DNA of 64,000 bases from Candidatus Babelota bacterium (GCA_026389065.1 JAPLIP010000036.1:815-64814); one strand, 5' to 3'; shown: positions 44,476-54,541, numbered from the stretch's first letter. Notes: generated from the letters alone by a model not told the origin. Made by a program: numbers and translations.

Positions 44476-44865
44476 TGGTGGAGGCGATGGGAATCGAACC
44501 CATGTCCGTAGAGAGTCAAGTCAAAAGTACTACATGTTTATTTACCAAATATACGAACTTGCTGCCTTGGTAACATAGCATTGCAAGAAAGTCTTTTTCT
44601 TATACATCTGCACTATGAAAAAGCTAATATCGTGCAGATAGGACTAATGGTTTATAATACGAAAGACAATGAAGAATAGTCGTCTTCACGGCGTCTTAAG
44701 GAAACAAACATACCAGCAAACATTCCTAAGAATAATGCTAAGTAAGCTGCGCCCACAGTTTTAAGTTCTGCATTTATTATTTTTGCTGTTTTATTAACGA
44801 GCACTCAACAAAAGCTCGACATGCACTCTCAACCATCATAAATACGTCGAAGCCAGTACGCCCCC
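44476..44865 (-). ncRNA. ssrA: tmRNA (transfer-messenger RNA)
   Basis: Minus-strand 5' end is GGGGGCGTACTGGCTTCGACG... and the 3' end is ...CTACGGACATGGGTTCGATTCCCATCGCCTCCACCA. The acceptor stem pairs with G3:U as required for alanylation. 390 nt. Confidence 0.9.
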
Positions 44866-45082
44866 GGTATTTTTTCAAAGAATTATTACTGTAAAATCAG
44901 CATAACACATTTGTGGCCACGGTCAAAAGATTATGTCTGTTTTTGCACCGTAGGGCATATTTGAGCGTTATTTGAAAAAAGCGGTCATTTTTTGTAAAAA
45001 TAGTTGCAGATCTGCATTTTACAGGGTTATTGATTGACTTTACCTTATAAGTCTGTAGACTGTAATTATTAAGTTTGAATAT

Positions 45083-45159
<77 letters not shown>

Positions 45160-45165
45160 ATTTTT

Positions 45166-45198
45166 AGCATTCTGAATTCTCAGGGTGCTTATTTTTTT
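45166..45198 (+). terminator. Terminator hairpin after tRNA-fMet
   Basis: agcattctga-attc-tcagggtgct (8 of 10 positions paired) followed by tattttttt. Confidence 0.55.
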
Positions 45199-45237
45199 GC
45201 TTATTTTAAAAATATTTGTTCTTTGGGCTTGTCTGAT

Positions 45238-46812
45238 TTAATCAAAATATGAAAGTTTGATCCCAAAAGATTTTCTTGTAAGGTGCAAAAGGCCTAAGAA
45301 AATAGCCGCTAGTGGGCCGACCCAGATCCATATTCCCACAGACTGTAAAAAGAATGTTTGGTTTACGGTTATAAAATACAGGTCTAGCGAGAAGTTCATC
45401 AGGCTGATTATTTTGTACATTCCAAGATATGAGACCCAAAAAGTTGCGCAGCATGTAATGAGCTGCAGGGTGCTTCTGGCTAAAAAGTCTAAGCAGTCAC
45501 TTTTTGGCCATGTAAGCTTGAGGTGCATATGCAAAAAAGCTATAAAAAATATAGTTTGAGCAATTGCGGCGACAGATGATGCAAAGGCTATGCCAGCAGC
45601 TCCGTAGTGTTGCATAAGTGATTGATTTAAAACGATGTTGATACTAATTGACATCAGGGTTGAAAGCATAGGTATAATAGTAAGTTGCAGGGCATAAAGA
45701 ACGCTTAGAAGTACTTTATTTAAAGAGAAAAACAGTAGTCCTATCAAGTAAGCCAAAAAGATTGATTGAATGACTGCAATTTTTGCAATGGCTGCAGGGT
45801 CACCGACAAATAAAGTTTGAAAGATTTCTTTTGAAAAAAAACCAAGCAAAAAACATATCGGCATAGTTGTCCAAATGATAAATTTTATGGCTTCAATTAA
45901 ATGCGAGGCTAATTCTTTTGGAGATTCTAGGTGAAGCTTTGAAAAGTGTGGCAAAAGCACGGTAACGAGGGATGCGGTAATTATTCCTATTGGAATATTT
46001 ATAAATTGATACGCATATCTTAAAAGGGTTAGCGACCCGCTTGGTAGATATGAGGCAAATCCTGTATTTATAAAATGATTAATTTCTAAAATCCCAACGC
46101 TTAAAAAGCATGGTAAAAATTGTGCCAAAACTTTTTTGAACTGTTTCCAGGTCTCTGTGTCTGGCGATTGAAAGTAAAAGCCTTCGTAAGCGTAGGCTAA
46201 GATATGAGTTATAAAATATAGTATTGATGATGCAATCATCAGATAGCAAAAGCTTGCAACCGAAAGATTAAGGTGTAGGCAAATAAAAATTGCGGCAACA
46301 TATAAAACATTCGATATCGATGGAGCGATAGCAGGAATAAAAAATTTTGATTGTGCTTGAAGCGCTGATGCAAAGACAGAGCTTGAAGAGAAAAATAAAA
46401 TAAATGAAATTAGAATTTTTAAAAGGTCTGCAGAATGAGCAGCTTTTTCAGATGGAAATCCAGGAGCTATTTGTGAAATAAACCATGGAGCTTGAAAAAA
46501 TATCACAAGGCACATGAGAAATACCAAAGATTCTATTATTAAAAATGAAAGAGTGGTTAATCGGTTGAGGCCTTGCTTACCATCTTTGTGCTGAGCGTTG
46601 ATAAGAGCTGGTACAAGTACTGAAGCCAGAGCTCCTTCTGCAAATATTTTTCGCATGGTGTTTGGAATTCGAAAAGCCGTATAAAAAATATCAGAAGTTT
46701 CACCAACGCTTAAAAATCTAATTAAAAGAATTTCGCGAATAAATGCTATGCATCGACTTATCAGTGCAAAGGCGCCAATTTTAGAACTTTGTTTAAGAAT
46801 AGAGCGTGACAT
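45238..46812 (-). CDS. murJ: Lipid II flippase MurJ (MviN)
   Basis: 'SRCIAFIREILLIRFLSVGETSDIFYTAFRIPNTMRKIFAEGALASVLVPAL' plus a polytopic (about 14 TM) profile. Confidence 0.88.
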   Translation of the reverse strand: MSRSILKQSSKIGAFALISRCIAFIREILLIRFLSVGETSDIFYTAFRIPNTMRKIFAEGALASVLVPALINAQHKDGKQGLNRLTTLSFLIIESLVFLMCLVIFFQAPWFISQIAPGFPSEKAAHSADLLKILISFILFFSSSSVFASALQAQSKFFIPAIAPSISNVLYVAAIFICLHLNLSVASFCYLMIASSILYFITHILAYAYEGFYFQSPDTETWKQFKKVLAQFLPCFLSVGILEINHFINTGFASYLPSGSLTLLRYAYQFINIPIGIITASLVTVLLPHFSKLHLESPKELASHLIEAIKFIIWTTMPICFLLGFFSKEIFQTLFVGDPAAIAKIAVIQSIFLAYLIGLLFFSLNKVLLSVLYALQLTIIPMLSTLMSISINIVLNQSLMQHYGAAGIAFASSVAAIAQTIFFIAFLHMHLKLTWPKSDCLDFLARSTLQLITCCATFWVSYLGMYKIISLMNFSLDLYFITVNQTFFLQSVGIWIWVGPLAAIFLGLLHLTRKSFGIKLSYFD

Positions 46813-46953
46813 TTTTGTTAACCTTTAAATATATGGCTTAAGCAAAATTAATGCTTTGTAGTATGGGATTTAGTATAAATTGTTTTGCTAAAAAGGCTAT
46901 TTTTGATAAGATTAACTTTATGTTATTTTAGTGCTTATTTAAGTAAGGGTTTT

Positions 46954-47718
46954 ATGAAAAAAAATAAATTATTTTTAGCATTGCTCGCAATGCTGTTTGC
47001 GCCATGTTTTGACAGTTCCGTTTACTCTGCGCAGCTTAAGACCAGCAAGGTCTTTAATTTTTTTGGTGTCAATTTTCGCTTGATGAACAAGCAAGAAATT
47101 GAAGACAGTGTTGTTTTTGTTGTTGCAGGGTTAGCTCTGTCTGGAAAAATCGCTTACGATGTAAGCTGGCATGGTGAGTATTCTTCTCGAGTGAGTAACT
47201 GCTACAATCAATTAACAAGATGCATAGAGATTAACAATATTAAAACTGTCGATAATTCTGCGCTTGCAACTATCGCAAGTAAAACATTAAAAAAAGAAGT
47301 TATGTTTTTAGAGCAGTCGCTTTATAATTCATATGGTTCATGGGTATGCCCATGGAACTGGACTTCTGAGCAAAAATTAAGATTTAATCAAATTCAAGTC
47401 GCTTCTATTTTAACAACCTATGCAGAACTGAATGCTCTTGCAGATGCTGTCACTGGCGCAGACGTACTGCGTAACGCTCGTCAAACATTTGTTCATATCA
47501 GTATGTTCCCATGCGTTGCTTGTTATCAAAAGATGATTCGTCAAATTGCTTTTATAAAAGATAAAAAATATACAAATTGTCCTGAGCAAGAACTTTTGAA
47601 CCAAATGCTTGAGAAGTTAGAGCTTTTTGCGGAGCTTTTATCAGAGATGCCTGAGTATTCACAAGAGCTTCAAACGATGAGAACTCATCAGATGCTTGAA
47701 GCGAATGCAAATAGATAG
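46954..47718 (+). CDS. Hypothetical secreted protein
   Basis: Signal peptide 'MKKNKLFLALLAMLFAPCF'. No recognisable family. Confidence 0.5.
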   Translation: MKKNKLFLALLAMLFAPCFDSSVYSAQLKTSKVFNFFGVNFRLMNKQEIEDSVVFVVAGLALSGKIAYDVSWHGEYSSRVSNCYNQLTRCIEINNIKTVDNSALATIASKTLKKEVMFLEQSLYNSYGSWVCPWNWTSEQKLRFNQIQVASILTTYAELNALADAVTGADVLRNARQTFVHISMFPCVACYQKMIRQIAFIKDKKYTNCPEQELLNQMLEKLELFAELLSEMPEYSQELQTMRTHQMLEANANR

Positions 47719-47743
47719 ATATTTGTCGCAATAGAATAGATAG

Positions 47744-48499
47744 TTAAATTAATTTTTGATTTTCAATTCGCACAATTATATCACATTGATTTGCAATTTT
47801 TATGTCATGGGTGCTAATGATTAGGCCCATGGCATATTTTTTTTGATAGTGCAAAAGTAGCTGGATAATTTGATTGCCAGATGATTCGTCTAGGTTTCCC
47901 GTAGGCTCATCTGCTAGTAAGAATTCAGGGGCTTGAAAGATTGATCGTAAAATAGCAATTTTTTGTTGTTGACCACCAGACAAAGATTCTGGAAATGCAT
48001 GAGCCTTGGTTTCAAGTTCGATTTCTTTAAGAAGCTTAGTAGCATGATTTTTATCTTCATCTGCCTGTCCATGGCTTATAATGCCCTTGAGCATAACATT
48101 TTCAATTACGGTCAGTTCGTTTATTAAGTAAGATTGCTGCAAGACAATCCCTATCGATTTTTTTAAAAGATCCGTTTTTTTATGAAAACAAAGCTCGGAA
48201 GCTTTTTGATCTCCTAGGCTTATTGAGCCTGAGCAGGGATGATCGATACCAGAAAGCATGTGTAAAAGAGTTGATTTTCCAACTCCTGATGGTGCCATGA
48301 TGGCATATGACTTGTTACCATTAAATTCATAAGAGGCATTATCAAGTATTTTTATGGTGATGCCAGCCTGTAGAAAGCTTTTCGAAAGATTTTTGATAGA
48401 AAAAATTTGCGTTTCTATGGCTTGGCCCTTTGTATAAAAAAATCGAAACATAGAACGTTTGCGAATTTTAATCATAAGTCTTGGGTAACTTTTTTTCAA
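47744..48499 (-). CDS. Orphan ABC transporter ATP-binding protein (LolD/MacB/FtsE-like); start uncertain
   Basis: Walker A 'APSGVGKSTLLHMLSG', signature 'LSGGQQQKIAILR', Walker B 'FLLADEPTGNLD'. No adjacent permease gene. Confidence 0.8.
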   Translation of the reverse strand: MKKSYPRLMIKIRKRSMFRFFYTKGQAIETQIFSIKNLSKSFLQAGITIKILDNASYEFNGNKSYAIMAPSGVGKSTLLHMLSGIDHPCSGSISLGDQKASELCFHKKTDLLKKSIGIVLQQSYLINELTVIENVMLKGIISHGQADEDKNHATKLLKEIELETKAHAFPESLSGGQQQKIAILRSIFQAPEFLLADEPTGNLDESSGNQIIQLLLHYQKKYAMGLIISTHDIKIANQCDIIVRIENQKLI

Positions 48500-48625
48500 G
48501 AAAAAAAGTTACCGATGCTCATTTATATAGAAAAAACAGTAAAGCTATTGTTTTTGCAAAGACTCGTTGCTTAGACTGCTGTAAAGAAATTGGGAGAAAG
48601 TCACCAAAACCTTGAAGGGGGAAGT

Positions 48626-50971
48626 ATGGAAATCAATCTCGCAGAAGATCACTCTTTAGAAACTGTCCCAAAAGTTATTCCGGTAGTACCAACAATAAAT
48701 GTTACCGTTTTTCCAAACATGATTATGCCTCTTTTGGTTCTTGACGATAGAATCATGAATGGCATTAAGCAGGCGGTTGAGACAGAGAAGTACGTTCTCT
48801 TGCTCTCTGCTCGTGATTCAGGGGAAGAGGGTCAAGAAATTGACACTGATAATTTGTATACAGTTGGAACAGTTGCAACAATCATGCGTGTCATCAATGT
48901 ACCAAATGATGGAATTAAAGTTTTGGTACAGGGCATACAGCGCGTATCGGTAACAGATCTAACGATACGAGATGATATGTTACTGGCCGAAATTACACCA
49001 ATTCCATTCAATAATGAAAATACTCAAGCAACTCAGGCAATTATTAAAAATATTAAAGATATTTCTGAGCAGCTTTCGATCACGAGTCAAACCATAACAC
49101 CAGATTTTTATGCAATACTTTCTAAAATGCATGATGCAGAAAAGATAGCAGAGTTTGTTCTGTCGCATCTTGAAGTGAAAAGCCATGCGTCTCAGATGCT
49201 TTTAGAGTGTACAAATGTAGATGATTTATTGCAGGGTGTTTATGAAGAACTTGCAAAAGAAATATCGATAGTTGAAGTTCAAGAGCGTATTCGAACGAAC
49301 ACGCGTGATTCTATTAATAAAAATCAGCACGAATATTATTTGCGTGAACAGCTTAAGGCAATTAAAAAAGAGCTTGGCGAAGACTTGGTAGATGAAATAG
49401 ATGATTTAAAGGCATCTATGAAAACTAAAAATATTCCCGATGATATTAAAAAAGAGATTGAAAAACAGATTGATAAGCTTGAGCGTATCTCTCCAGACTC
49501 AATGGAAGCGACAATAACTCGTAATCATATAGAGCTTATGCTTTCTATGCCTTGGGGTGTCTATACAAAAGACAATCTTAAAATTCAACATGCAAAAGAA
49601 GTCCTAGATAAAGATCACTATGGACTTGACGATGTAAAGGATCGCATTTTAGATTTTATTTCGGTAAAGAATTTAAAATCTGATGGAGCAAGTCCAATTA
49701 TTTGTTTTGCGGGTCCTCCAGGAACAGGAAAAACATCACTGGGTCTATCTATAGCAAATGCTCTTGGTAGAAATTTTCATAGAATTTCTCTAGGTGGCGT
49801 TAAAGACGAATCTGAGATTCGTGGGCATAGAAGAACGTATGTTGGAGCAATGCCAGGAAGAATTATTCAGGCTATAAAAAAGTCTGGATCTATGAATCCA
49901 GTTATTTTAATTGATGAAGTAGATAAGCTTGGTGCTGATTTTAAGGGTGATCCTTCTGCGGCGCTTCTTGAGGTGTTAGATCCAAATCAAAACAAAGATT
50001 TCTACGACAACTATTTAGGTGTTCCATTTGATCTTTCTTCTGTGATGTTTATTTTAACCTGTAATGATGCTGGTGCTATTTCTGGGCCTCTTCTAGACCG
50101 TATGGAGTTGATACAGCTTTCTGGTTACACGATTGAAGAAAAACAGCAAATTGCTAAAAAATATTTGATTAAGCAAGCTGTTGCAGAAGCAGGATTAAAA
50201 GAAGACTCGTTGCAACTTGCAAGGTCGGTAATTGATACGGTTATTTATGAATATACCAGAGAAGCTGGAGTGAGAAACTTAGCACAAATTATTAAAAAAC
50301 TTTGCGCTAAGGCAGCAAGAGCTTTTGTAGAAAATCAAGAAGTTGTAACAATTACCAAAAAAAATCTAGAAAGATTTTTAGGCCCTAAAAAGTACCCAGC
50401 AGACAGGCTTGATAAAACAAACATGGTTGGTATGACAAATGGTCTTGCTTGGACATCTTTTGGTGGTGATGTTTTAAAAATTGAATCCGTGCTTATGCCA
50501 GGGACAGGAAAATTAATTTTGACTGGTCACTTGGGCGAAGTAATGAAAGAGTCTGCGCAAGCAGCCTTAAGTTATGCTCGAGTGCATGCCGCAGAGCATA
50601 ACATTGATCAATTAAAATTTACGGCATTTGATTTGCATATTCATGTTCCGGCAGGATCTGTTCCAAAGGATGGTCCGTCTGCAGGAATCACTCTTCTTTC
50701 TTCAATGCTTTCAACTTACACTGGTCGTGCAGTTAATGCTTCTTTTGCAATGACTGGTGAATTGAACTTGCGTGGTGAAGTTATGCCAATTGGTGGAGTG
50801 AAAGAAAAAGTACTTGCCGCAAAAAGAAATAATCTTACAACGGTAATTTTACCAGAAGATAATAGAAATGACTGGAATAGTATCAAAGATATTATTGAAG
50901 ACATGAATATTATTTGGGTAAAGCATGCAGATGAGGTTCTCGCTCATGTTCTTATGCCACTTGTAAAATAA
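48626..50971 (+). CDS. lon: ATP-dependent Lon protease
   Basis: N-terminal LON domain, 'GPPGTGKTSLGLSIA', 'ILIDEVDKL', protease Ser 'PKDGPSAGITLLSS'. RBS gaaggggg lies before ATG 48626. Confidence 0.95.
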   Translation: MEINLAEDHSLETVPKVIPVVPTINVTVFPNMIMPLLVLDDRIMNGIKQAVETEKYVLLLSARDSGEEGQEIDTDNLYTVGTVATIMRVINVPNDGIKVLVQGIQRVSVTDLTIRDDMLLAEITPIPFNNENTQATQAIIKNIKDISEQLSITSQTITPDFYAILSKMHDAEKIAEFVLSHLEVKSHASQMLLECTNVDDLLQGVYEELAKEISIVEVQERIRTNTRDSINKNQHEYYLREQLKAIKKELGEDLVDEIDDLKASMKTKNIPDDIKKEIEKQIDKLERISPDSMEATITRNHIELMLSMPWGVYTKDNLKIQHAKEVLDKDHYGLDDVKDRILDFISVKNLKSDGASPIICFAGPPGTGKTSLGLSIANALGRNFHRISLGGVKDESEIRGHRRTYVGAMPGRIIQAIKKSGSMNPVILIDEVDKLGADFKGDPSAALLEVLDPNQNKDFYDNYLGVPFDLSSVMFILTCNDAGAISGPLLDRMELIQLSGYTIEEKQQIAKKYLIKQAVAEAGLKEDSLQLARSVIDTVIYEYTREAGVRNLAQIIKKLCAKAARAFVENQEVVTITKKNLERFLGPKKYPADRLDKTNMVGMTNGLAWTSFGGDVLKIESVLMPGTGKLILTGHLGEVMKESAQAALSYARVHAAEHNIDQLKFTAFDLHIHVPAGSVPKDGPSAGITLLSSMLSTYTGRAVNASFAMTGELNLRGEVMPIGGVKEKVLAAKRNNLTTVILPEDNRNDWNSIKDIIEDMNIIWVKHADEVLAHVLMPLVK

Positions 50972-50992
50972 TCATTTGTTAAAAGCATAAAT

Positions 50993-51038
50993 GAGGGCTA
51001 TTCTAGATAATAACACCAATTATCTAGAGGTAGCCCTC
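50993..51038 (+). terminator. Long imperfect hairpin after lon (no U-tract)
   Basis: gagggctattctagataa (50993-51010) pairs with ttatctagaggtagccctc (51020-51038): 17 bp with one small internal loop and a 9-nt apical loop. Confidence 0.35.
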
Positions 51039-51081
51039 GTCTCTAAACATAAGCAAAGTATACACAAATAGGACATTTTCT

Positions 51082-52104
51082 ATGAATAAAAAAACCTTAC
51101 TATTTTCTATTCTTTTTTTCTCATTTCAGCATGGAATCGTGGAATTGTCAGATGCATCGCGTGCTGAAAAAGTTTATATAAAAGATCCATATACCAATCC
51201 CACACAGTCGATACAGTTTCCTGGAAGCCCAACTGTTTTTGTTGTTCATTTTCATATGAATGACAAATCTATTGTAAATAATGGTAATGCAACAGCAACA
51301 AATACGGCTACTCAAGAAACTCAAGCGGGTGCAACAGTTGATTCTGCTACGGACCTTGATGTCTCTTGCGATGCTGATCAGGATGTCAGTAACTCCATTA
51401 TGGATTCTGAAATTGAACACGCTGTGCAAAAATCTATTCAGGATGCGCAAAATTCTATGAAGGATTCTGGGATCGATCACACTGCGCAAAATCTTGTTCA
51501 AGATTCTGAGATTAAACAGGATCTTCAAAACTCTATGCAGGGCTCTATGGTTAAGCAAGATGAGCAAAATTCTACTCAGCTCTCTTCTATTGTAAACGAT
51601 GGAAGCGGTGCTGCCGTCGATAAAAAGCGTGATGAACCAGGTCTACACTCTTTTGCTTTTTTATTGGATAACAAATTAAAGATTTTTGGGCTTGCAGTGT
51701 GCTTTTCATATGCCTGGACTACCTATCGCATTCATCTAGCAAATCAGATTTTAAGCTCCCATGATTCTTGGTGCAACTGGAAATCAGCTGTCCCTTTACA
51801 TCATCTTGCGCTTGCAAGTAATCAAGATTTGGTATCTCAATTGAATATAGATTTGCAAAAAAAACATTACCTAAATCACTCGAGCAGTCCTAAAAAACAA
51901 CTGTGTCAGCTATTTTTTAGCGACCTGCAAGAAGAGATGGTTTGTTTGCGTAGCTATTTAAAGATACTTAAGTCTGCAAAAGCAATTCGTTGTTCTCAGT
52001 TGTTTTTCTTTTCTTATGATCAATTAATAATTGAAGAAAAACTAGCTCGGCTTAGTTTTGTTTTTGATCTTTTTATAAGAATGCAAGCAGATGATGCAAG
52101 ATAA
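51082..52104 (+). CDS. Hypothetical secreted/membrane protein with internal degenerate repeats
   Basis: Signal peptide. Repeat region 'DSEIEHAVQKSIQDAQNSMKDSGIDHTAQNLVQDSEIKQDLQNSMQGSMVKQDEQNS'. One hydrophobic segment 'IFGLAVCFSYAWTTY'. Confidence 0.5.
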   Translation: MNKKTLLFSILFFSFQHGIVELSDASRAEKVYIKDPYTNPTQSIQFPGSPTVFVVHFHMNDKSIVNNGNATATNTATQETQAGATVDSATDLDVSCDADQDVSNSIMDSEIEHAVQKSIQDAQNSMKDSGIDHTAQNLVQDSEIKQDLQNSMQGSMVKQDEQNSTQLSSIVNDGSGAAVDKKRDEPGLHSFAFLLDNKLKIFGLAVCFSYAWTTYRIHLANQILSSHDSWCNWKSAVPLHHLALASNQDLVSQLNIDLQKKHYLNHSSSPKKQLCQLFFSDLQEEMVCLRSYLKILKSAKAIRCSQLFFFSYDQLIIEEKLARLSFVFDLFIRMQADDAR

Positions 52105-52132
52105 AAAATAATCATTTTAATTTATAATTTTT

Positions 52133-52176
52133 AACGCACGACAGCAATATTGTTTCTGTCGTGCGTTGTTTTTTTA
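52133..52176 (+). terminator. Rho-independent terminator
   Basis: 12-bp perfect stem aacgcacgacag / ctgtcgtgcgtt followed by gttttttt. Confidence 0.8.
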
Positions 52177-52212
52177 TGTTTTTCATTGCGCAACAAAATT
52201 AAGAAAATGCAT

Positions 52213-52250
52213 CAAAAGAAAAACCCTTCAACTTAGAAAAGCTGAAGGGT
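52213..52250 (-). terminator. Candidate terminator for the minus-strand atpDC-to-ABC transcription unit
   Basis: acccttca / tgaagggt stem. On the minus strand it is followed by ttttcttttg. Confidence 0.4.
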
Positions 52251-52387
52251 TAGGGGGGTGAATGATACTCAAAGGTATCATTCGATTAGGGACGTTTTTT
52301 ATAGAAAAAGAGTAACAAGCTCCTATCTCATTGTCAAGAAAGAAATAAAGTCATTATTTCCTATTTAAACAAAAAAGCGGTAGCTAG

Positions 52388-53083
52388 CTATTTTCCCATT
52401 ATAAAGTTTTTTATTTTTTCAAAAGAAGTACTGTTTTGCTGCAGTTCTTGCGTTGATGCGGTTTCAATAATCTTACCATCTTTCATCAGATGTATTGTGC
52501 TTGAAAGTGATTCAAGAAGTCCAATATCATGCGTTGCAATAACAATCATAATTTTTTGTTGCGCAAGCTGCGTAATTATTTGAGCTACTTCACTTGTTAG
52601 CTTTGGGTCGAGCGCAGAAGTTGGTTCATCAAGACATAGGACTTTAGGGTTCATGCAAAGAGCTCTTGCAATTGCGACACGTTGTTTTTGTCCGCCAGAA
52701 AGCGAAACAGGGTAGTTTTTAGCTTTTGATAAAACATTAAATTGATCTAGTAGCGCGCGAGTTATTTTTTGTGCTTCTTGTTCTGTTTTTAGCGCAACTT
52801 TCATGAGAGGCAAAATTAAATTTTGCTCAATGGTCATGTGAGAAAACAAATTAAAGTCCTGAAAAACCATACCAACTTTTTTGAAATCAAGAGATTTTCC
52901 GTCGAGCTCCATACTCCCGTTGTCAATTGTTTCTAGGTTGCTAAGTACTCTGAGCATTGTTGATTTTCCAACACCAGACTGTCCGAGTAGGGCAACTATT
53001 TCTCCCGGCTTTACGCAAAAAGAAATGTCGTCAATTACTTTTTTATCATGAAATTTTTTTGTAATATTTTTAACGACTAGCAT
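52388..53083 (-). CDS. Polar amino-acid ABC transporter ATP-binding protein (GlnQ/HisP-like)
   Basis: 'GQSGVGKSTMLRVL', 'LSGGQKQRVAIARAL', 'VLCLDEPTSALDP'. Confidence 0.9.
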   Translation of the reverse strand: MLVVKNITKKFHDKKVIDDISFCVKPGEIVALLGQSGVGKSTMLRVLSNLETIDNGSMELDGKSLDFKKVGMVFQDFNLFSHMTIEQNLILPLMKVALKTEQEAQKITRALLDQFNVLSKAKNYPVSLSGGQKQRVAIARALCMNPKVLCLDEPTSALDPKLTSEVAQIITQLAQQKIMIVIATHDIGLLESLSSTIHLMKDGKIIETASTQELQQNSTSFEKIKNFIMGK

Positions 53084-53741
53084 GTTTGTTTAACCTTTTT
53101 TCAAGCATAGAAATTAATAAACTAACTATGGTTGTTATGCTTAAATAACAAAGACCTATGATTAAATAAACGGCTGGATAATCATATGTTTGACTCATGA
53201 CAATGTCGCCTTGTTTTGTTAATTCATAAACTCCGATGATGGAGGCAAGGCTAGAGTCTTTGACCAGCGTTACAAATTCGTTTCCAAGAGCAGGAAGAAC
53301 ATTTCTTAATGCTTGTGGCAAGACTATGAGTGAAATGATTTGCCCTTGGCTAAATCCAAGCACTTTTGCAGCTTCGATTTGACCCTTGCCAACAGATTTA
53401 ATTCCAGATAAAACAATTTGACTAACGTAGGCTCCACTATTTAGCCCAATGGAAAAAATTGCAGAATATAAAGCAGAAATTTGAAAGCCGGCATAAATTA
53501 ATAGAAAATATGTTGCAGTAATTTGAATAAGCATCGGTGTGCCACGAATAATTGTTACATATAATGTTACAAAAAAACGAAGGACCTTAGAAGATCCAGC
53601 AAGAATAATTCCAGCCACCGTACCAAATAAAGTGCCTAAGCAGCAGCTTAAAAAGGCGATGCGAAGGGACATTGTAAGCCCGTTAAAAAATAGTGGCCCA
53701 TACTCTTTAAGTATTTCTAGATCAATCATTAAAATTCCCAT
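53070..53741 (-). CDS. Polar amino-acid ABC transporter permease (HisM/GlnP family)
   Basis: 'IIRGTPMLIQI', EAA-like loop 'IEAAKVLGFSQGQIISLIVLPQALRNVLPALGNEF'. Confidence 0.88.
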   Translation of the reverse strand: MGILMIDLEILKEYGPLFFNGLTMSLRIAFLSCCLGTLFGTVAGIILAGSSKVLRFFVTLYVTIIRGTPMLIQITATYFLLIYAGFQISALYSAIFSIGLNSGAYVSQIVLSGIKSVGKGQIEAAKVLGFSQGQIISLIVLPQALRNVLPALGNEFVTLVKDSSLASIIGVYELTKQGDIVMSQTYDYPAVYLIIGLCYLSITTIVSLLISMLEKRLNKHASR

Positions 53742-54538
53742 TTTTGTTTTAAAGATTCTAACGTTCCATCATCGCTTATTGATTTAAGCGCTATGTTTAT
53801 TTCATTTAAGAGCTGTGTGTTTTGTTTATTTATGGCAAAAGCGCAATCTTCACCAGTTCCAGCTATTTCTTTTGTTGCAAATTGATCTGCATGAGAATTG
53901 TTTTGTAAAAATGTTTTTACTGGGCTTTGTGCACAGACAAAAGCATCAACGCTTCCAGAATCTAGAGCCATAAAGCACTTTGCGGGTGAATCTAATTTAA
54001 TAAGATTGACTCCTGGTACCGTTGACATGTGCATATCTGCAACATATCCAAGGTTGACGGCAACGGTTTTGCCAATCAAATCTTTGATGCTTGTTGGTTC
54101 GAAGTGTGATTTTTTTGTTAAAATAACAAGTGGCGCGCCATGCAAATACTGTTGGGTAAAAGATACAACGCGAGCTCGGCGCTGTGTTGGACTCATGCCT
54201 GAGGCAATCATGTCAACATCGTTTGTTAAAAGTCCAAAGATGAGAGCAGAAAACGGCATGTCTTTTATTTTAAGTTTTTTACCAAGTCTGTTCGCTATTT
54301 CAGTGACGACGTCTATGTCAAATCCAATAATTGCGCCGGTTTTTACGTCGATAAATTCATAAAGTGGATAGTCTGCGCTTGTTCCAACTATTAAAACAGA
54401 TTGGTCTTTTGGGGTAGGTGTAGACGATGCTATCCATTTAAAAATGTATGCAAAGATCAGGCAGGAAAAAATGATAATAATAATTCTTGATATCTTCATA
54501 AAAAGTAGCCTAACAAAATATTTTTTTAAATAAAACAA
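53729..54538 (-). CDS. Amino-acid ABC transporter substrate-binding protein (family 3)
   Basis: N-terminal anchor, 'LIVGTSADYPLYEF', 'GFDIDV', 'DMIASGMSPTQRR'. Confidence 0.82.
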   Translation of the reverse strand: MFYLKKYFVRLLFMKISRIIIIIFSCLIFAYIFKWIASSTPTPKDQSVLIVGTSADYPLYEFIDVKTGAIIGFDIDVVTEIANRLGKKLKIKDMPFSALIFGLLTNDVDMIASGMSPTQRRARVVSFTQQYLHGAPLVILTKKSHFEPTSIKDLIGKTVAVNLGYVADMHMSTVPGVNLIKLDSPAKCFMALDSGSVDAFVCAQSPVKTFLQNNSHADQFATKEIAGTGEDCAFAINKQNTQLLNEINIALKSISDDGTLESLKQKWEF

Positions 54539-54541
54539 TGA

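Noticed and set aside
44866-44940. Possible tmRNA promoter (minus strand TTGACC, 16-nt spacer, TATGCT)
   Set aside because: The spacer and -10 are imperfect and lie about 30 nt upstream of the mature 5' end. It is plausible for a processed precursor but too weak to annotate.
51148-51567. 139-aa antisense ORF inside 51082-52104
   Set aside because: It is an artefact of the repetitive sense-strand sequence. It has a low-complexity 'ILRILN/ILHRV' repeat translation, and the sense ORF has a signal peptide and a terminator.
53898-54362. 154-aa plus-strand ORF
   Set aside because: It lies entirely antisense to the well-supported ABC substrate-binding protein gene. The same reasoning applies to 57091-57441 (antisense to atpD), 55153-56123 (antisense to the HerA-like gene), 28601-29011 and 29534-29788 (alternative frames of rpsA), 15355-15747 (alternative frame of nfo), 9979-10257 (antisense to clpB), 11543-11816 (within aspS), and 63009-63284 and 63738-63962 (within valS).
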